Position numbers and translations under genes: made by a program. A stretch of DNA of 62,419 nt, the filler included, from Stramenopiles sp. TOSAG23-2 (lineage: Eukaryota): NCBI GenBank assembly GCA_900128395.1. It is 7 parts of 7 records of this genome, joined end to end, with 100 filler letters (N's around TTAATTAATTAA, not from the genome) between each part and the next. Parts side by side here need not be neighbours in the genome. Positions count along the whole stretch, not along the records: positions 23,762 to 35,530 come from LT649901.1; 6 more parts are not named here. One strand, 5' to 3'. This document shows, piece after piece, positions 23,824 to 35,078 of the stretch. The notes beneath the pieces were generated by a model, which worked only from the letters and a program-made list of their open reading frames with translations, had not been told where the DNA came from and searched no databases. Every line of letters starts with the position of its first letter. Positions within the stretch are counted from its first letter, which is position 1.

Positions 23824-25200
23824 TGAATATTCCGCACAAAGTTATATACATGCATGAAAAAATATTATTTGTAAAGTGTAAAAGTGAACTAAAGAAAGCA
23901 TTAAAGAAACAAACGAGTGAATTACTTCTATATATATTCCAGACATATCATAAATATCTGAAGTTATACATATTAAAGTAGAAAGTGAGCACACGTGTTA
24001 AACTACTCGTAATTCCTTTGAAAAAAAGGAAACTGTTGCAAGTCAAGTGAAGTATAAAAAATTACGGTTCGTAAGATTTTCTAAAATTTTTAAAATACGT
24101 AATTTTTAATTAAAGTACTCTCTATTGATATATTCGTATATATCATAATATAAGAATAGTATCAGTACGTATCATATTTTTTATTAGTATTACTACACAG
24201 TATGCATATATTATATAATGATATATATATATATTACTCTAGGTATGTTAAATTACGCGTGCATAATTTTATGTATAAATTTTTTCACATTTCTTATTTG
24301 TATCATTACACACCATTTTACAGACATGTGGCCCAAATCTAATAATCTCCTCCTCCATATTGCTGCTATGTCGTGGCTCTTTTCCTTTTTCTGTTACTTG
24401 TATTTCTTTCCAATCATCTTTATTTAAAATGGTAACATGTTCAGAACCTTTTTCTAATTTCACTTCCACATCTTGCAATTGCTTTGCTTGTAAACATAAT
24501 AAATCCATTTTTTCCTTTTCTTCTAATTTCTCCTGTTTTCTCTTCGCTCTTTCTTCTTTTGTCTCCGGGGCGCCACGTGCTAGCTTGTATACAAATAATG
24601 GAGCATGATTTTAATATTCAATTACTTGATCAAAAAAATATATTTATATTTTAAATGAAATTTTGAAACTTCGTCGAAGCTTTCTCGCTATTATATTTAT
24701 AATTCCTTTACAACGCTTCTGTATTATCAATAAAATTTCTATCACCTATTCATCCAAAAAGCAAAAAAAAAAGATAATATCCCATTTAAAATGTATTATT
24801 GCTTTGCTTTCATCAATTATTTCTATGTTTATTATCATCGGGTATATGGGGGATGGGGTGGGCACGTGGACGTAATGGTGTGTCCATGCTATACAAATTA
24901 TTTACATACCTCACAACCGAAACACATCCGGTTAATATAAAAAATATGAAAATTACACTTTAAAAGTTAATAATTGATTGATTGAGTATATAAGAAAATG
25001 AATATGTGTGTGAAATATTTTACGTACATCATAAATAAATCATTTATGAGCTACCAATTGCAGTAAGATAATTTATTTGAAATAAACAAGAATTTTGTAT
25101 TTTGATTTACTACATTTACAGTAAATATAATTTTTTTGATCGAGTTTCAGGTTTCAGACTTGAAATTAAAATAATAATTAATATTACTGATTAAATAATA

Positions 25201-28200
25201 ATGGCTGATAAATATAAAGTTGAGTTAAATTTACCTGGTGGTGAAGATAATAACAACAATTCTGCAACAACGTTTATTTCATCAAAAGATGCAGGGCTCA
25301 TACCTCGATCGGTACGATTAGAAATTACCAGTGCGGGAAAGTTACCGGACGCTCCGTCAAAGAAATTAGTGGAGGCATGTGTATTATTAGCTGATATTTC
25401 TGGATTTACAGCATTAGGTGAAAAATTAAATACTGAACACGGTGATGCAAAAGGTGCGGAAGAATTTGCATCTCAAATGAGTGAAGCTATAAGTGCTTTA
25501 GTAAATGTAACACATAGATATGAAGGTGAATGTGTAAAAATAGCTGGAGATTGTTTAATCTGTACTTTCAGTGCAATACCAACAGACCCAGAAGATGAGG
25601 GAGATACCGCTTCTTTTGAACGCGCAAAAGAATGTGCAATTGAGATGCTAAAAGTGATAAAAGATACAAATCCTGATCTTGATTTACACGGAGGTCTTGC
25701 TGGAAGTGCAACATTACAACGGATTCACTTGAAAGAGTTACGTGGCTCTTCTCCGCGATCTAATAGTGCCAGACAGCGTATGAAAAAAATTGATGAAAGC
25801 ACAATGTCGAAAGCTGAGTTTGAGCGAAGTAAACAACGATGGTTTCTAATAGCTGGAAGGCCGATTAAAATTGCTGCTGGGCTTTTGGATAAAGCAAAAG
25901 CAGGTGTTGTAAAGGTTTATGGTGGACTCAGTTTAACGAGAGAAACTAATTATTCTGATATCATTGACGAAGAAGAAGATCAAAGCCAGCTACAAAAACG
26001 AATGTCTAAACGTGGTAGTATGATTGATACTTACACGGCTGAACTTTCTATTTGTCCTGAAATTGCATCCTCCTATATCCCTCCGATTGTAAGAGCAAAA
26101 GGAGGCAGTACACAATTTGCCAATGAAAGACGTAGGGTGGTCACGGTTTTTTTATCCTTGCCTGGTTTGGCAAAAGAATCTACAACTTCAGATGGCGTCA
26201 ATGAAGCAAATCTCAATGATGTTTATTCTGCTTTACGTTCTGTTTTATCAAAATTTGAAGGTGAAATGCGTGATTTTTTGTTTGAAGATAAAGGGTGTAC
26301 CATGATTGCTTGTTTTGGCATTACCCGAATCACTGAAGTTGATGCATTACGTGGTGTATTATTTGCGTTAGAAGCTTCATCTGCTTGTTCCTCCCTTAGT
26401 AATCCTTGTAAAGTTGGTATTTCGATGGGTCAATGTTTTACTGGTATATGTGGCCATCCATCTCGCAACGATTTTGTTGTTATGGGCGCAGAAACGAATA
26501 TGGCTGCTCGCTTAATGGGTAAAGCTGAAATTGGTAAAATATTAGTCAGCGAACGTATCTATAATGCAACGCTAAACTACATTGGGTATGATATGTCGAA
26601 TCCAATGGAAGTAAAAGGTAAAGATGGTACATTTCGTGCATTAAGCCCTTTTGGCAGGAAAGCTGGTGCCGTACGTCATAAAAATGAAGATGAACTCGAT
26701 AAAGCTATATTTGTAGGGAGAGAAAAAGAAATGACTGTTTTGCGTGCTGGCTTAAAGGCATTACTGGAAAATCAAAAAGGCGGTGCATATATATTGGAAG
26801 GTTTAGCCGGTATGGGTAAAAGTGCCATCGTATGGCAATTGCAACGTGAAGCTATTGATGATAATGTACGTTTTCTAATGGGTACAGGATCAGCTATTGA
26901 AAAACAAACACCATATTTTGCATTTGGCCAAATTTTAACTGCGGCAGCAAATTTATCGAGTCGCCCATCATATGGTGAAGTGTTGGCATTGAAACATACA
27001 TATCAACTGGATGAAGATGATGTAAATGCACTAGGTATTATATTACCTTCGTTAGCAAAGCGAGATGAACAAGGCAATCAAATAGAGCAAGGGCGTCTGG
27101 AAGGAAGAGCAGCGCAAGTATGCTTGAAAATTTTCAATACAATGGAAAAATCAATATTTATATTTGAAGATGCTCATTGGATTGATTCGCAATCATGGGT
27201 TATGTTGCAAATGGTGTTACCTCAGTTGGCTACAGGGGCAATTGTTATGATTGTTACAAGACCTCCAGATATGGCATCACAAATGAAAGGCGGAGGACAT
27301 GCTGGAACTGAAGGATTTGTAGCTTCTGACGAAACAACAGAAAATGAATGGCTCGAAGACAATGATCGCGTAAAATTTGGGCGTATTTTAGCTGGTTTAA
27401 AGTCACAAGCAAATATTGAGCTAATGTCATTGGGGGTGATGGGCATAGAAGGAATGCGAGAATTGATAGCAAGAACTTTGGAAGTGCCAATAAAGAGTGT
27501 AAGCGATGATTTTGTCAATTTGATGAACCAGAAAGCTGGAGGTATTCCTATGTATTTAACTTCAATGACTGCATGGTTGAAAGAAAAACAGATGGTTAGT
27601 ACATTGGAAGATGGTACTATTCACTTTCAAGGAGAATTACAAGACATCAAATTTCCAAGCTCTATCATGGATACTGTATTAGAAAGAATTGACAGTTTGG
27701 ATGAGGCTGCAAAAACATTGGTCAAAATATGTGCATGCTTTGGTTTTGAGTTTGGTGCGATTTATCTTGAAAAAGTTGCGCCTAAATTTTTAGATATTGA
27801 ATCTGCAGATGATCCAATATATCAAAATGCTTTGTTGACGTTGGCTGCAAGAGGGTTGGTAGCACCAGTGACAGGTGAATCTGTGCTAAAACTTTTAAAA
27901 TTTAGTCATCAAATAATTACTGAGAGTGCATATAATCTAATGCTAGATTCTCAACGACGACAAGTGCACAAGTTAATAGCAATGGAATATGAAAATAGTA
28001 CCGGTAAATTTGAAATGGAAGTCTTGGCTCATCACTGGCTACGGAGTGGTGATACAGAACGTGGTTGTAAAATGTTGGAAGCTGCTGCGGCCAAAGCCAT
28101 GGAAATTGAGGCCCTAAAAGAAGCTGTGAACCAGTTATCTTTAGCTATAAATCATGGTAAAACCCATCCAAATAAAGCACTTTGGATTGCAATGATTGGC

Positions 28201-30081
28201 TTAGCTCGCTATTCTTTTGGTGAATTAGATGAGTCTGTTGAATTGGCTTATCGAGCTCTTGAAGTGCTTGGCGAACCTGATTTTATGCCTCAGACTCGCT
28301 CAGCAACAACCATAGAGATGATGGTTCGCGAATATGCGACATTAGATGACTTACCACCACAAAATAATAGTGACGTCGATTCTATGGCACGTGCAAAAAT
28401 GTTAATATGTTTATTATTTGGAATAGGTGTGACCTCAATTAATGGTCCTTTTCGTAAGATTGCGACTACCAAATATAATATAAAACCAGCTGACATTAAA
28501 TCACTTGGGCAATGGTATCAACAAAAATGTTTATTTATGGCATATGAGCAAGGAGATGTAAATAATTGGGCCAGAATGCACAACTTTTTGCACAGGACAG
28601 GATGGTATGAAGCGGATCAAGTACGACAATGCTATAGACGCGTCCAAGCTTTGATTCTGAACAATGCTGTAAAACCGAATATTCGTGCAGAAAGTGTCCA
28701 ATACTTGTTTCATTGGTATACACCTCATGCACCAGAATTCGTTAAACAAGGTCCAAAACAGTGTACAGATATTTTGGAGCTAGTGAAAGGAAATTTAAAG
28801 TATGCTATAAATGAAGCGGGAGTTCGTTGGGGCCTTGTATTTTGTTTACATGCACTAGGAGATCACAAAATGGCGCAACATTATCTAGATACAATGCCAA
28901 AAATTCAACTCGACACAGAAGCTCTTGAAGATACAAAAGCAAGTATATATATGTATATAAAATTGGCAGAATTGGGACATTATTCATATTTGGGTGATCT
29001 CGACAAAACTAAGGAGACTATGAACAGATTAATGGCAATGGGGAAGAAGTTTCCAAATACCAAGAAACCATATCCAAATAAACGATATATGATTGCTTGG
29101 AACCTTATATCTGTAACTGTTCTCGAAGCTGCGGTTGGAAATTTTGATGCAGTTGAACAGGATATTATGCCACTGGTTTCTATGTTGCCCCGATTATTAC
29201 CGCCGTATAGAACTCACATTATAACTTCTATAGCATGGGTATTCGCAGCATTAGAGCTTCTGGCTTATAAAAAAGGAAAAGGAGATGATGTTTCTTTATT
29301 AGCAGCTACTTTAAATAAGTCTCGTGGCATAATTGAAAATTATGGATCTACTTTTCCAGGAATGTACAGATGTGCAGGACAAGCGATGGTAGCCCAAATA
29401 AGTTTATTACTCGAAGATAGACCTTATGCGCCTGAATTAAAACGAATGGAGGATGCACTTGCTTATGCAATAGAACTAGGTTGCGTGATTTTAGATGTGA
29501 ACATTTTAAAGCATTTTGTAGGTACATGGAAATGTGATTTAGCAATGCTCGAAGAAGCGGAAGAGGGATATAAGCAAATAGGCTTTGAAATGCTCTTGCC
29601 AATTTTAAAGAGAAGTATGGAAAAAATCAAAGGTGACGGTATGAGCCCAGTTGATTTGACATTTGTTCCAGACAATATTAGTGATAGTGATAATAACTCA
29701 GATCCTTTGATGGCAATTGAGAAAAAAATTCTGGATGCTAAAGCTAAAGTAAAAGCAACGAGGGATGACGTAGACTTGGTGAAGGTTGCCCGTGCAGAAC
29801 TGAAAGCTCTTATGAAAGAAAAAAAGGCATTAATAGCTAAACTGGAAGCGGAGAAGGAGAATGTAGATATCGATGCAAAGGTGGAAGAAGTACAGGGGCT
29901 TATAGATGCAGCGAATGATCGTGCGATGGCAGCAATGGAAGAAGATGATGAAGAGGCAGAAGAAGCGGCATATGAAGAGGTAGATAAACTTATGGCAGAA
30001 TTGGAAAAGTTGAAAGCGATGATGTCTGGTCCAAAGAAAAAACTAGTTGAAGCGCAACAGACAGATAAATCGGTAAATTAA
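25201..30081 (+). CDS. Soluble adenylyl cyclase-like (ADCY10/sAC architecture): tandem class III cyclase domains, STAND P-loop NTPase, helical TPR-like region
   Basis: LLADISGFTAL and VKIAGDCL (C1); FLFEDKGCTMIACFG, GAETNMAARLM (C2); FVGREKE, Walker A GLAGMGKS, Walker B IFIFEDAHWID; LAHHW. Confidence 0.9.
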   Translation: MADKYKVELNLPGGEDNNNNSATTFISSKDAGLIPRSVRLEITSAGKLPDAPSKKLVEACVLLADISGFTALGEKLNTEHGDAKGAEEFASQMSEAISALVNVTHRYEGECVKIAGDCLICTFSAIPTDPEDEGDTASFERAKECAIEMLKVIKDTNPDLDLHGGLAGSATLQRIHLKELRGSSPRSNSARQRMKKIDESTMSKAEFERSKQRWFLIAGRPIKIAAGLLDKAKAGVVKVYGGLSLTRETNYSDIIDEEEDQSQLQKRMSKRGSMIDTYTAELSICPEIASSYIPPIVRAKGGSTQFANERRRVVTVFLSLPGLAKESTTSDGVNEANLNDVYSALRSVLSKFEGEMRDFLFEDKGCTMIACFGITRITEVDALRGVLFALEASSACSSLSNPCKVGISMGQCFTGICGHPSRNDFVVMGAETNMAARLMGKAEIGKILVSERIYNATLNYIGYDMSNPMEVKGKDGTFRALSPFGRKAGAVRHKNEDELDKAIFVGREKEMTVLRAGLKALLENQKGGAYILEGLAGMGKSAIVWQLQREAIDDNVRFLMGTGSAIEKQTPYFAFGQILTAAANLSSRPSYGEVLALKHTYQLDEDDVNALGIILPSLAKRDEQGNQIEQGRLEGRAAQVCLKIFNTMEKSIFIFEDAHWIDSQSWVMLQMVLPQLATGAIVMIVTRPPDMASQMKGGGHAGTEGFVASDETTENEWLEDNDRVKFGRILAGLKSQANIELMSLGVMGIEGMRELIARTLEVPIKSVSDDFVNLMNQKAGGIPMYLTSMTAWLKEKQMVSTLEDGTIHFQGELQDIKFPSSIMDTVLERIDSLDEAAKTLVKICACFGFEFGAIYLEKVAPKFLDIESADDPIYQNALLTLAARGLVAPVTGESVLKLLKFSHQIITESAYNLMLDSQRRQVHKLIAMEYENSTGKFEMEVLAHHWLRSGDTERGCKMLEAAAAKAMEIEALKEAVNQLSLAINHGKTHPNKALWIAMIGLARYSFGELDESVELAYRALEVLGEPDFMPQTRSATTIEMMVREYATLDDLPPQNNSDVDSMARAKMLICLLFGIGVTSINGPFRKIATTKYNIKPADIKSLGQWYQQKCLFMAYEQGDVNNWARMHNFLHRTGWYEADQVRQCYRRVQALILNNAVKPNIRAESVQYLFHWYTPHAPEFVKQGPKQCTDILELVKGNLKYAINEAGVRWGLVFCLHALGDHKMAQHYLDTMPKIQLDTEALEDTKASIYMYIKLAELGHYSYLGDLDKTKETMNRLMAMGKKFPNTKKPYPNKRYMIAWNLISVTVLEAAVGNFDAVEQDIMPLVSMLPRLLPPYRTHIITSIAWVFAALELLAYKKGKGDDVSLLAATLNKSRGIIENYGSTFPGMYRCAGQAMVAQISLLLEDRPYAPELKRMEDALAYAIELGCVILDVNILKHFVGTWKCDLAMLEEAEEGYKQIGFEMLLPILKRSMEKIKGDGMSPVDLTFVPDNISDSDNNSDPLMAIEKKILDAKAKVKATRDDVDLVKVARAELKALMKEKKALIAKLEAEKENVDIDAKVEEVQGLIDAANDRAMAAMEEDDEEAEEAAYEEVDKLMAELEKLKAMMSGPKKKLVEAQQTDKSVN

Positions 30082-30305
30082 AGAACAAATAATATTTTTT
30101 AAAAATTAATATATAATACACGAACCATCTCGTATAATTTTTAAATAAATTCTCTCTTATATTTATATAAGACTTTCGTATTAATAAAAATTGTACGAAG
30201 CGTAATCTTTCCTCTCCTCTCTAATTCCATCTCACTCTTTTAAAATTACGAAGGTACATTATATGACTCTTCGTGTAAATATTTCCAATAATCAACACAC
30301 CCCTT

Positions 30306-33300
30306 CTAACGCAACTGATTAAATTCCGCTTGAACCAACTGTAAGATACTTCTTGCTTTCATCACTTGTCCATCGCATAATGTCACAAATGCTTTTGTAG
30401 ATTGAAATAAAAAAATACTTGTTGGTTGGTTGGATTTCCAGTATGTATCACTTGTAAAGTTATGTGGTGTGTGTTGAAACCCATACAAGTATGTATGTTG
30501 CTCGTTAACAATCACTTTACTGCGTTGAAATCTCATTAACGCTGATAATTCTTTTACTATTGCATTTGAGTGGCCATTTTTTCCAGATCTCCGAGTTTCA
30601 AAATCAGGGCAAAAAAGTGCAAATGACAAAATGTCACCCACTTCTTCAGCCATTTGTAGCAACTGTCGAAATTTCACCAACGTATTTTTCACGCTCTCAA
30701 TATCAAATGGCGGGTTACATTCCCAGCTTCCAGTTAATCTATTATTACTTGGAGAGAAAAAACTACCAAGGGAGCCAAAACAAGCATCTGTATCATAAAA
30801 TGCAGAGAAAAATTTATCTAGTCGGTGATTTAATGGTGAAGCAAAACATTCACCTTCAACTTTCAAATATTTCTGCAAGACATCAAATACTTGATCAGGA
30901 AGCGCGCCTTGAGAACCACTATTTCGCTTCCACAAGGTATCATACCTTTGGAGCATTGAATAGATCCTTCTATCGAGAATATTAGTCTGCATTTTAACTT
31001 TGTCAGTATTGGCATATACATACGTTTTGCCATCGTATTTAATCTTTGCTTTACTATGTGCAACTTTTAAATCCTCATAGTAATTGCGAAAAATGTGTAA
31101 TGACTCTTTACTTCTATATGTTAATCTCATTGCCTCTCGTCCTGGTCTATTTCGATTATCTCTACTCGTATATTTATCAACTCTAATATTGTACATTTCA
31201 TGATTGTTATCCAAGACGTTACATATTTGCTTCCGGTAATTGTCCATGATATGCATAACACCATTATACAATTTTTCCGCAAAAGCATTGGAAAATTCCC
31301 AGCCAAGTCCTATTCGCAATCTATGTACAAAATGTGTTTTGTTCACATCCAATCGCTTAGGCAACAACGAGTCAACGCCAAATCTGACGCTTTGCTGTAC
31401 GTCACCTCCCATTATCCTCCACCCTTCTGCCCCATTTTGATATTGGCTGCCATTCTCATTTACCAAAGTACCTTCCCTACTACAATCGAAAATCCAGTTC
31501 GATAAAATAAGGCTGGATATATTTGGAATTTTACTTTTCTTACCAGGGTATTCTGTAAGCATAATCGATTGAATTTTTTCAACCACTTTATTTATACAAT
31601 CATGTCGTAATATCTCCACTTCTGGATAAACGTGGACATATGATAAAACTTTATGGGTTCTAAATTTAATTGGTGGCGGTGTCCTAGAATTCAAAGTTAA
31701 TTTTCCACGATTCCAATTGTACGTAAATGTATGTTTATCTAACCACCTGCCAAACCAGCTTCTACGATTTTTATCGCCTATTAATGTATCGTCACTTTTT
31801 TCTCTACGAAATTTATCATTGGATATAATCACTGGAAGTCCCCTCTTATCTTTTTCAATTTCCAAAGCCCTTACGATTAAAAAGAGGTCATCCCCTTTCG
31901 TTCCTTCGTCAATAGCACAAACTGTAAATAATTCGGCATATTCTTGCGCAAGTTGCCTGTATGAGGGGTCTTGTTCAAATAATATCATCAATTTTTTCGG
32001 CAATATGAATTCAATATTACTTTCGTGATACCCAGCCTCAAGCAACGAACGTATCGCAAAACGAATTGATTTACCAATATCAGCATGTTTGTCCATTCTA
32101 TTGTTGTAAAGCGCATCTTTCGTTGGTGCATCCTCATGAAACACAACATTTTGTGTATCAATAATAAGATATGGATTTTCTGTTATTTCGTTAATTTCTG
32201 CTTGTCCTCGGTTCATTAAAACATCTACATGACTTTCTAATAATGATTTAGGGTTTTCATATTGACGTACTTCGCGCTCTCTATCATTTTCATTGATTTG
32301 AAAAGACGGATCTATTTTCAATTTCCTGAATAGATTGTTCACCATATCAATGTCTAAAACTGGTCGATCCTTGTTTGTCACATTATCAAAATATCTTTCA
32401 GTCATTTCCATACGGCTAAATATTGTCTTATCGTATATAACTTTAAGTTGTGCAGGAAACGGTGTAGATTTTTTACCGCAAAGAAATGCTTTCGGATTGA
32501 TAAACTTGCCTGGGCGTCCGTTTGCAAAAAATGGTCCAAATATTTCTTTTGAATGAATATTGCCTAGAAACAATGGTGTTGCATCTGTAATATATTCCCG
32601 CATTTTATCAAGCGCGGACATGGGTGAGCCAAACAGACCATTTGTAATATCATCATCATTCACTCTTTCATATAAGCATTCTCTAATAGTTGCTGGAGCA
32701 CATAAAAACATGAAGCCACACTCAGCAGATTTTTTCATAAGCTGTAATCGTTCTTGAATTTCTGTTAAAGGCTTTCCATTTTCATTATTAGTATTGTTGC
32801 TGATAAGTGTTTTCTTTGCTTTTGATTTTTTCTCTTGGCTCAATGGTACACCATCAAGTGTTAATTCAACCATACCATTATTTCGTCTTTGTGATTTTCC
32901 CGAATTAATTGGTGAAGGTGTCAACTGGAGTTTTTTCTTAGTCATATTTTTATCCGGAAGACGACTTCCCAATTTAGGTGACATCATTAAAATCTCTTCT
33001 TCGCTATCTTCGTCTGAACTGTCAATTATACGACTAGTATTGGGCTTACCTCTACTTAATAATGATGGGTATCCATCATTAGAAGTAACACGATATGCTT
33101 TTACAGGCGCAATCTCGTCATCTGAACTATCCACCATACCGCTACTGGTAGTACCAGTACTTAATGATGGATATCCATCATTAGATGTAACACGATGCGG
33201 TTTTCCAGGAGCAGTCTGTTTTGATAATAACATATTATTTGAAAAACCTGGTGGGGGTTCCTTTATCCTTGAAGGTATCGTTTGTTTCAATAATGAATTA

Positions 33301-35078
33301 TTAGGACCTAGTAGTACCGGTGCATCTTGATGATTCGGATCTATGTCTGTATCATTACTATATTTGTTAGATTCAAAAAGATTTATTAAGTTTCCGCCAT
33401 TTGGTCTCCAGGTTTCCTTTAATAACGTTTGTTTTGCAACACTTTGTTGTTTTTTTGTTGCTTTATTTGGGGCAGATGTAGTCAAAGCTAACAATGAATC
33501 TCTAGTACTGGTACCATTGGTACTACTACTACTACTGCTACTACCACTACTACTTCTTCTTCTTCTCAGCGATAGTTTTTCTTTCATTTTTCCACTTTTA
33601 GTAAGTTTTTTATTATTTTTTTTGTTTAAAGCTACTTGTCTATCTCCGTCATTTTTCTTATCCATGAAATTATCATCAAATTCTTGAAATAACTTGACTT
33701 TACCATCCTTTTTTTGATTTCGGATGATTAATTTCTTTCGATCTATACCATTACCACTTGCAATTAAATTTGCAAGTTTACTAACATCAGTTTTTTTCAT
33801 ATTTTCTTTAATTCGCATTTCATTCATTTTCGTTCTAGAATTATAATTGATCTTAAACCTTTCTTCTTCATCCTGGTTGTTGTCCATAATCGTTGCATAT
33901 CGTAAAAGTTCAGATGCTGTAAAATTTCCTACACCATATAACTTTTTCACATAATTAAGTGTTGCTTTTCGTGCCTTTACCCGTTGTGTGTCATTATCTG
34001 CAGCTAAGTTGACATTTATACCATTCCATCCAAGAATATCAAGTATTTGTTTAAACCGTGTATCATATTTTAATAAATTATTTGAAATACCATTAAGATG
34101 ACTTGTCATTGTTGTTGAATCAGCAGAACTTAATATACTTAAAAGTCGTTCACTATATTCAAGTCTTTTTCCTAAATATTTTTTTGCATTCCAATCATTA
34201 AATGCATTTATTGCAATTTTTGCTGAAAGCATATCACTATCGTTGCTTATGGTAACATGTAACAATGGCGATGTATTGTCATTCCATCCTAAATAATCAA
34301 ATGTAAACTGTTCCAATACAAACCTTGGAGTAACCAAGTTATTATTGGCGTTTGTTTCTTCATATTTCAAGTAAAATGAGGCTTTGCTATTTGATTGTTC
34401 TAAACATGATTTAACATATGCATGTACTATTTTAAGTGTATTTTCATTTCTTTGTAATTTAAATCGTAGAATCCGTTTACATACACGGTCGAAATTATAA
34501 TGTAACGAATGAAAATTTAATTCAATGACAATCTCACCAGTATTTGACTTTGGATTTGGTTTATAAAGTGGAAAAACTTCAAGCATTCCTATACCATTAA
34601 TATATCTATTCAAACTTGCAACATCTACACCTGCATATGATATCATATTACGCACTTCCTTTGCCGTTAATGCTTGGTTCTTACCGCGTGGAGGGCGACC
34701 ACTAATTGTGTTGGTTTTATAAACCTGTTTCACAAAAACCTGTGATGGAAATTTTCTCACCCACTCGACTTGCCTACAAATGTCTCTACCACAAAAACTA
34801 GTAGCTACAAATATACCATGTACAAACCGCTTCCGTTGTATGTTATAAAAAAACAAACATGTCTTTCTTGGAATTATATTTTTTTGCATGGCCGACAGAT
34901 CAGAATATCCGGAACCAAACACAGAATAATCTATACAATCTTTTTCTGTTTTATTATTACAATGAAATACGTATCCGTTTGTAAATGGAAATACGTTGTC
35001 ATGTTGTTGTTTCCTTGAATGTTGTTTTAGTTTTATTGATTTAAATTGTCGTTTTTTATCACTTGCCAAACTAGCCAT
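30306..35078 (-). CDS. Fusion protein: DCD, DCD, NYN/Zc3h12a-type PIN RNase, PCIF1/CAPAM-type adenine-N6 methyltransferase
   Basis: DCD1 GYVFHCNNKTEKDC..VFG..LFFYN..HGIFVATS..FPSQV (~34976-34635); DCD2 GFMFLCAPATIRECL..LFG..PLFLGN..FGPFFA..INPKAF..FPAQL (~32717-32320); PIN IIDTQNV..DDLFLI..ISNDKFR (~32172-31700); PCIF1 LQRY..QGALP..ECFASPLN..FFSAFYDTDACFGSLGSFF..GSWECNPPF (~30965-30400). Confidence 0.85.
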   Translation of the reverse strand: MASLASDKKRQFKSIKLKQHSRKQQHDNVFPFTNGYVFHCNNKTEKDCIDYSVFGSGYSDLSAMQKNIIPRKTCLFFYNIQRKRFVHGIFVATSFCGRDICRQVEWVRKFPSQVFVKQVYKTNTISGRPPRGKNQALTAKEVRNMISYAGVDVASLNRYINGIGMLEVFPLYKPNPKSNTGEIVIELNFHSLHYNFDRVCKRILRFKLQRNENTLKIVHAYVKSCLEQSNSKASFYLKYEETNANNNLVTPRFVLEQFTFDYLGWNDNTSPLLHVTISNDSDMLSAKIAINAFNDWNAKKYLGKRLEYSERLLSILSSADSTTMTSHLNGISNNLLKYDTRFKQILDILGWNGINVNLAADNDTQRVKARKATLNYVKKLYGVGNFTASELLRYATIMDNNQDEEERFKINYNSRTKMNEMRIKENMKKTDVSKLANLIASGNGIDRKKLIIRNQKKDGKVKLFQEFDDNFMDKKNDGDRQVALNKKNNKKLTKSGKMKEKLSLRRRRSSSGSSSSSSSTNGTSTRDSLLALTTSAPNKATKKQQSVAKQTLLKETWRPNGGNLINLFESNKYSNDTDIDPNHQDAPVLLGPNNSLLKQTIPSRIKEPPPGFSNNMLLSKQTAPGKPHRVTSNDGYPSLSTGTTSSGMVDSSDDEIAPVKAYRVTSNDGYPSLLSRGKPNTSRIIDSSDEDSEEEILMMSPKLGSRLPDKNMTKKKLQLTPSPINSGKSQRRNNGMVELTLDGVPLSQEKKSKAKKTLISNNTNNENGKPLTEIQERLQLMKKSAECGFMFLCAPATIRECLYERVNDDDITNGLFGSPMSALDKMREYITDATPLFLGNIHSKEIFGPFFANGRPGKFINPKAFLCGKKSTPFPAQLKVIYDKTIFSRMEMTERYFDNVTNKDRPVLDIDMVNNLFRKLKIDPSFQINENDREREVRQYENPKSLLESHVDVLMNRGQAEINEITENPYLIIDTQNVVFHEDAPTKDALYNNRMDKHADIGKSIRFAIRSLLEAGYHESNIEFILPKKLMILFEQDPSYRQLAQEYAELFTVCAIDEGTKGDDLFLIVRALEIEKDKRGLPVIISNDKFRREKSDDTLIGDKNRRSWFGRWLDKHTFTYNWNRGKLTLNSRTPPPIKFRTHKVLSYVHVYPEVEILRHDCINKVVEKIQSIMLTEYPGKKSKIPNISSLILSNWIFDCSREGTLVNENGSQYQNGAEGWRIMGGDVQQSVRFGVDSLLPKRLDVNKTHFVHRLRIGLGWEFSNAFAEKLYNGVMHIMDNYRKQICNVLDNNHEMYNIRVDKYTSRDNRNRPGREAMRLTYRSKESLHIFRNYYEDLKVAHSKAKIKYDGKTYVYANTDKVKMQTNILDRRIYSMLQRYDTLWKRNSGSQGALPDQVFDVLQKYLKVEGECFASPLNHRLDKFFSAFYDTDACFGSLGSFFSPSNNRLTGSWECNPPFDIESVKNTLVKFRQLLQMAEEVGDILSFALFCPDFETRRSGKNGHSNAIVKELSALMRFQRSKVIVNEQHTYLYGFQHTPHNFTSDTYWKSNQPTSIFLFQSTKAFVTLCDGQVMKARSILQLVQAEFNQLR

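Noticed and set aside
24269-24840. Minus-strand coding-like stretch (HAPLFVYKLARGAPETKEE...)
   Set aside because: Multiple stops upstream and no recognisable family; cannot support a gene call
33900-34180. ZNF598/Hel2-like helical domain between the two DCD domains
   Set aside because: Only a faint pattern resemblance; needs a profile search
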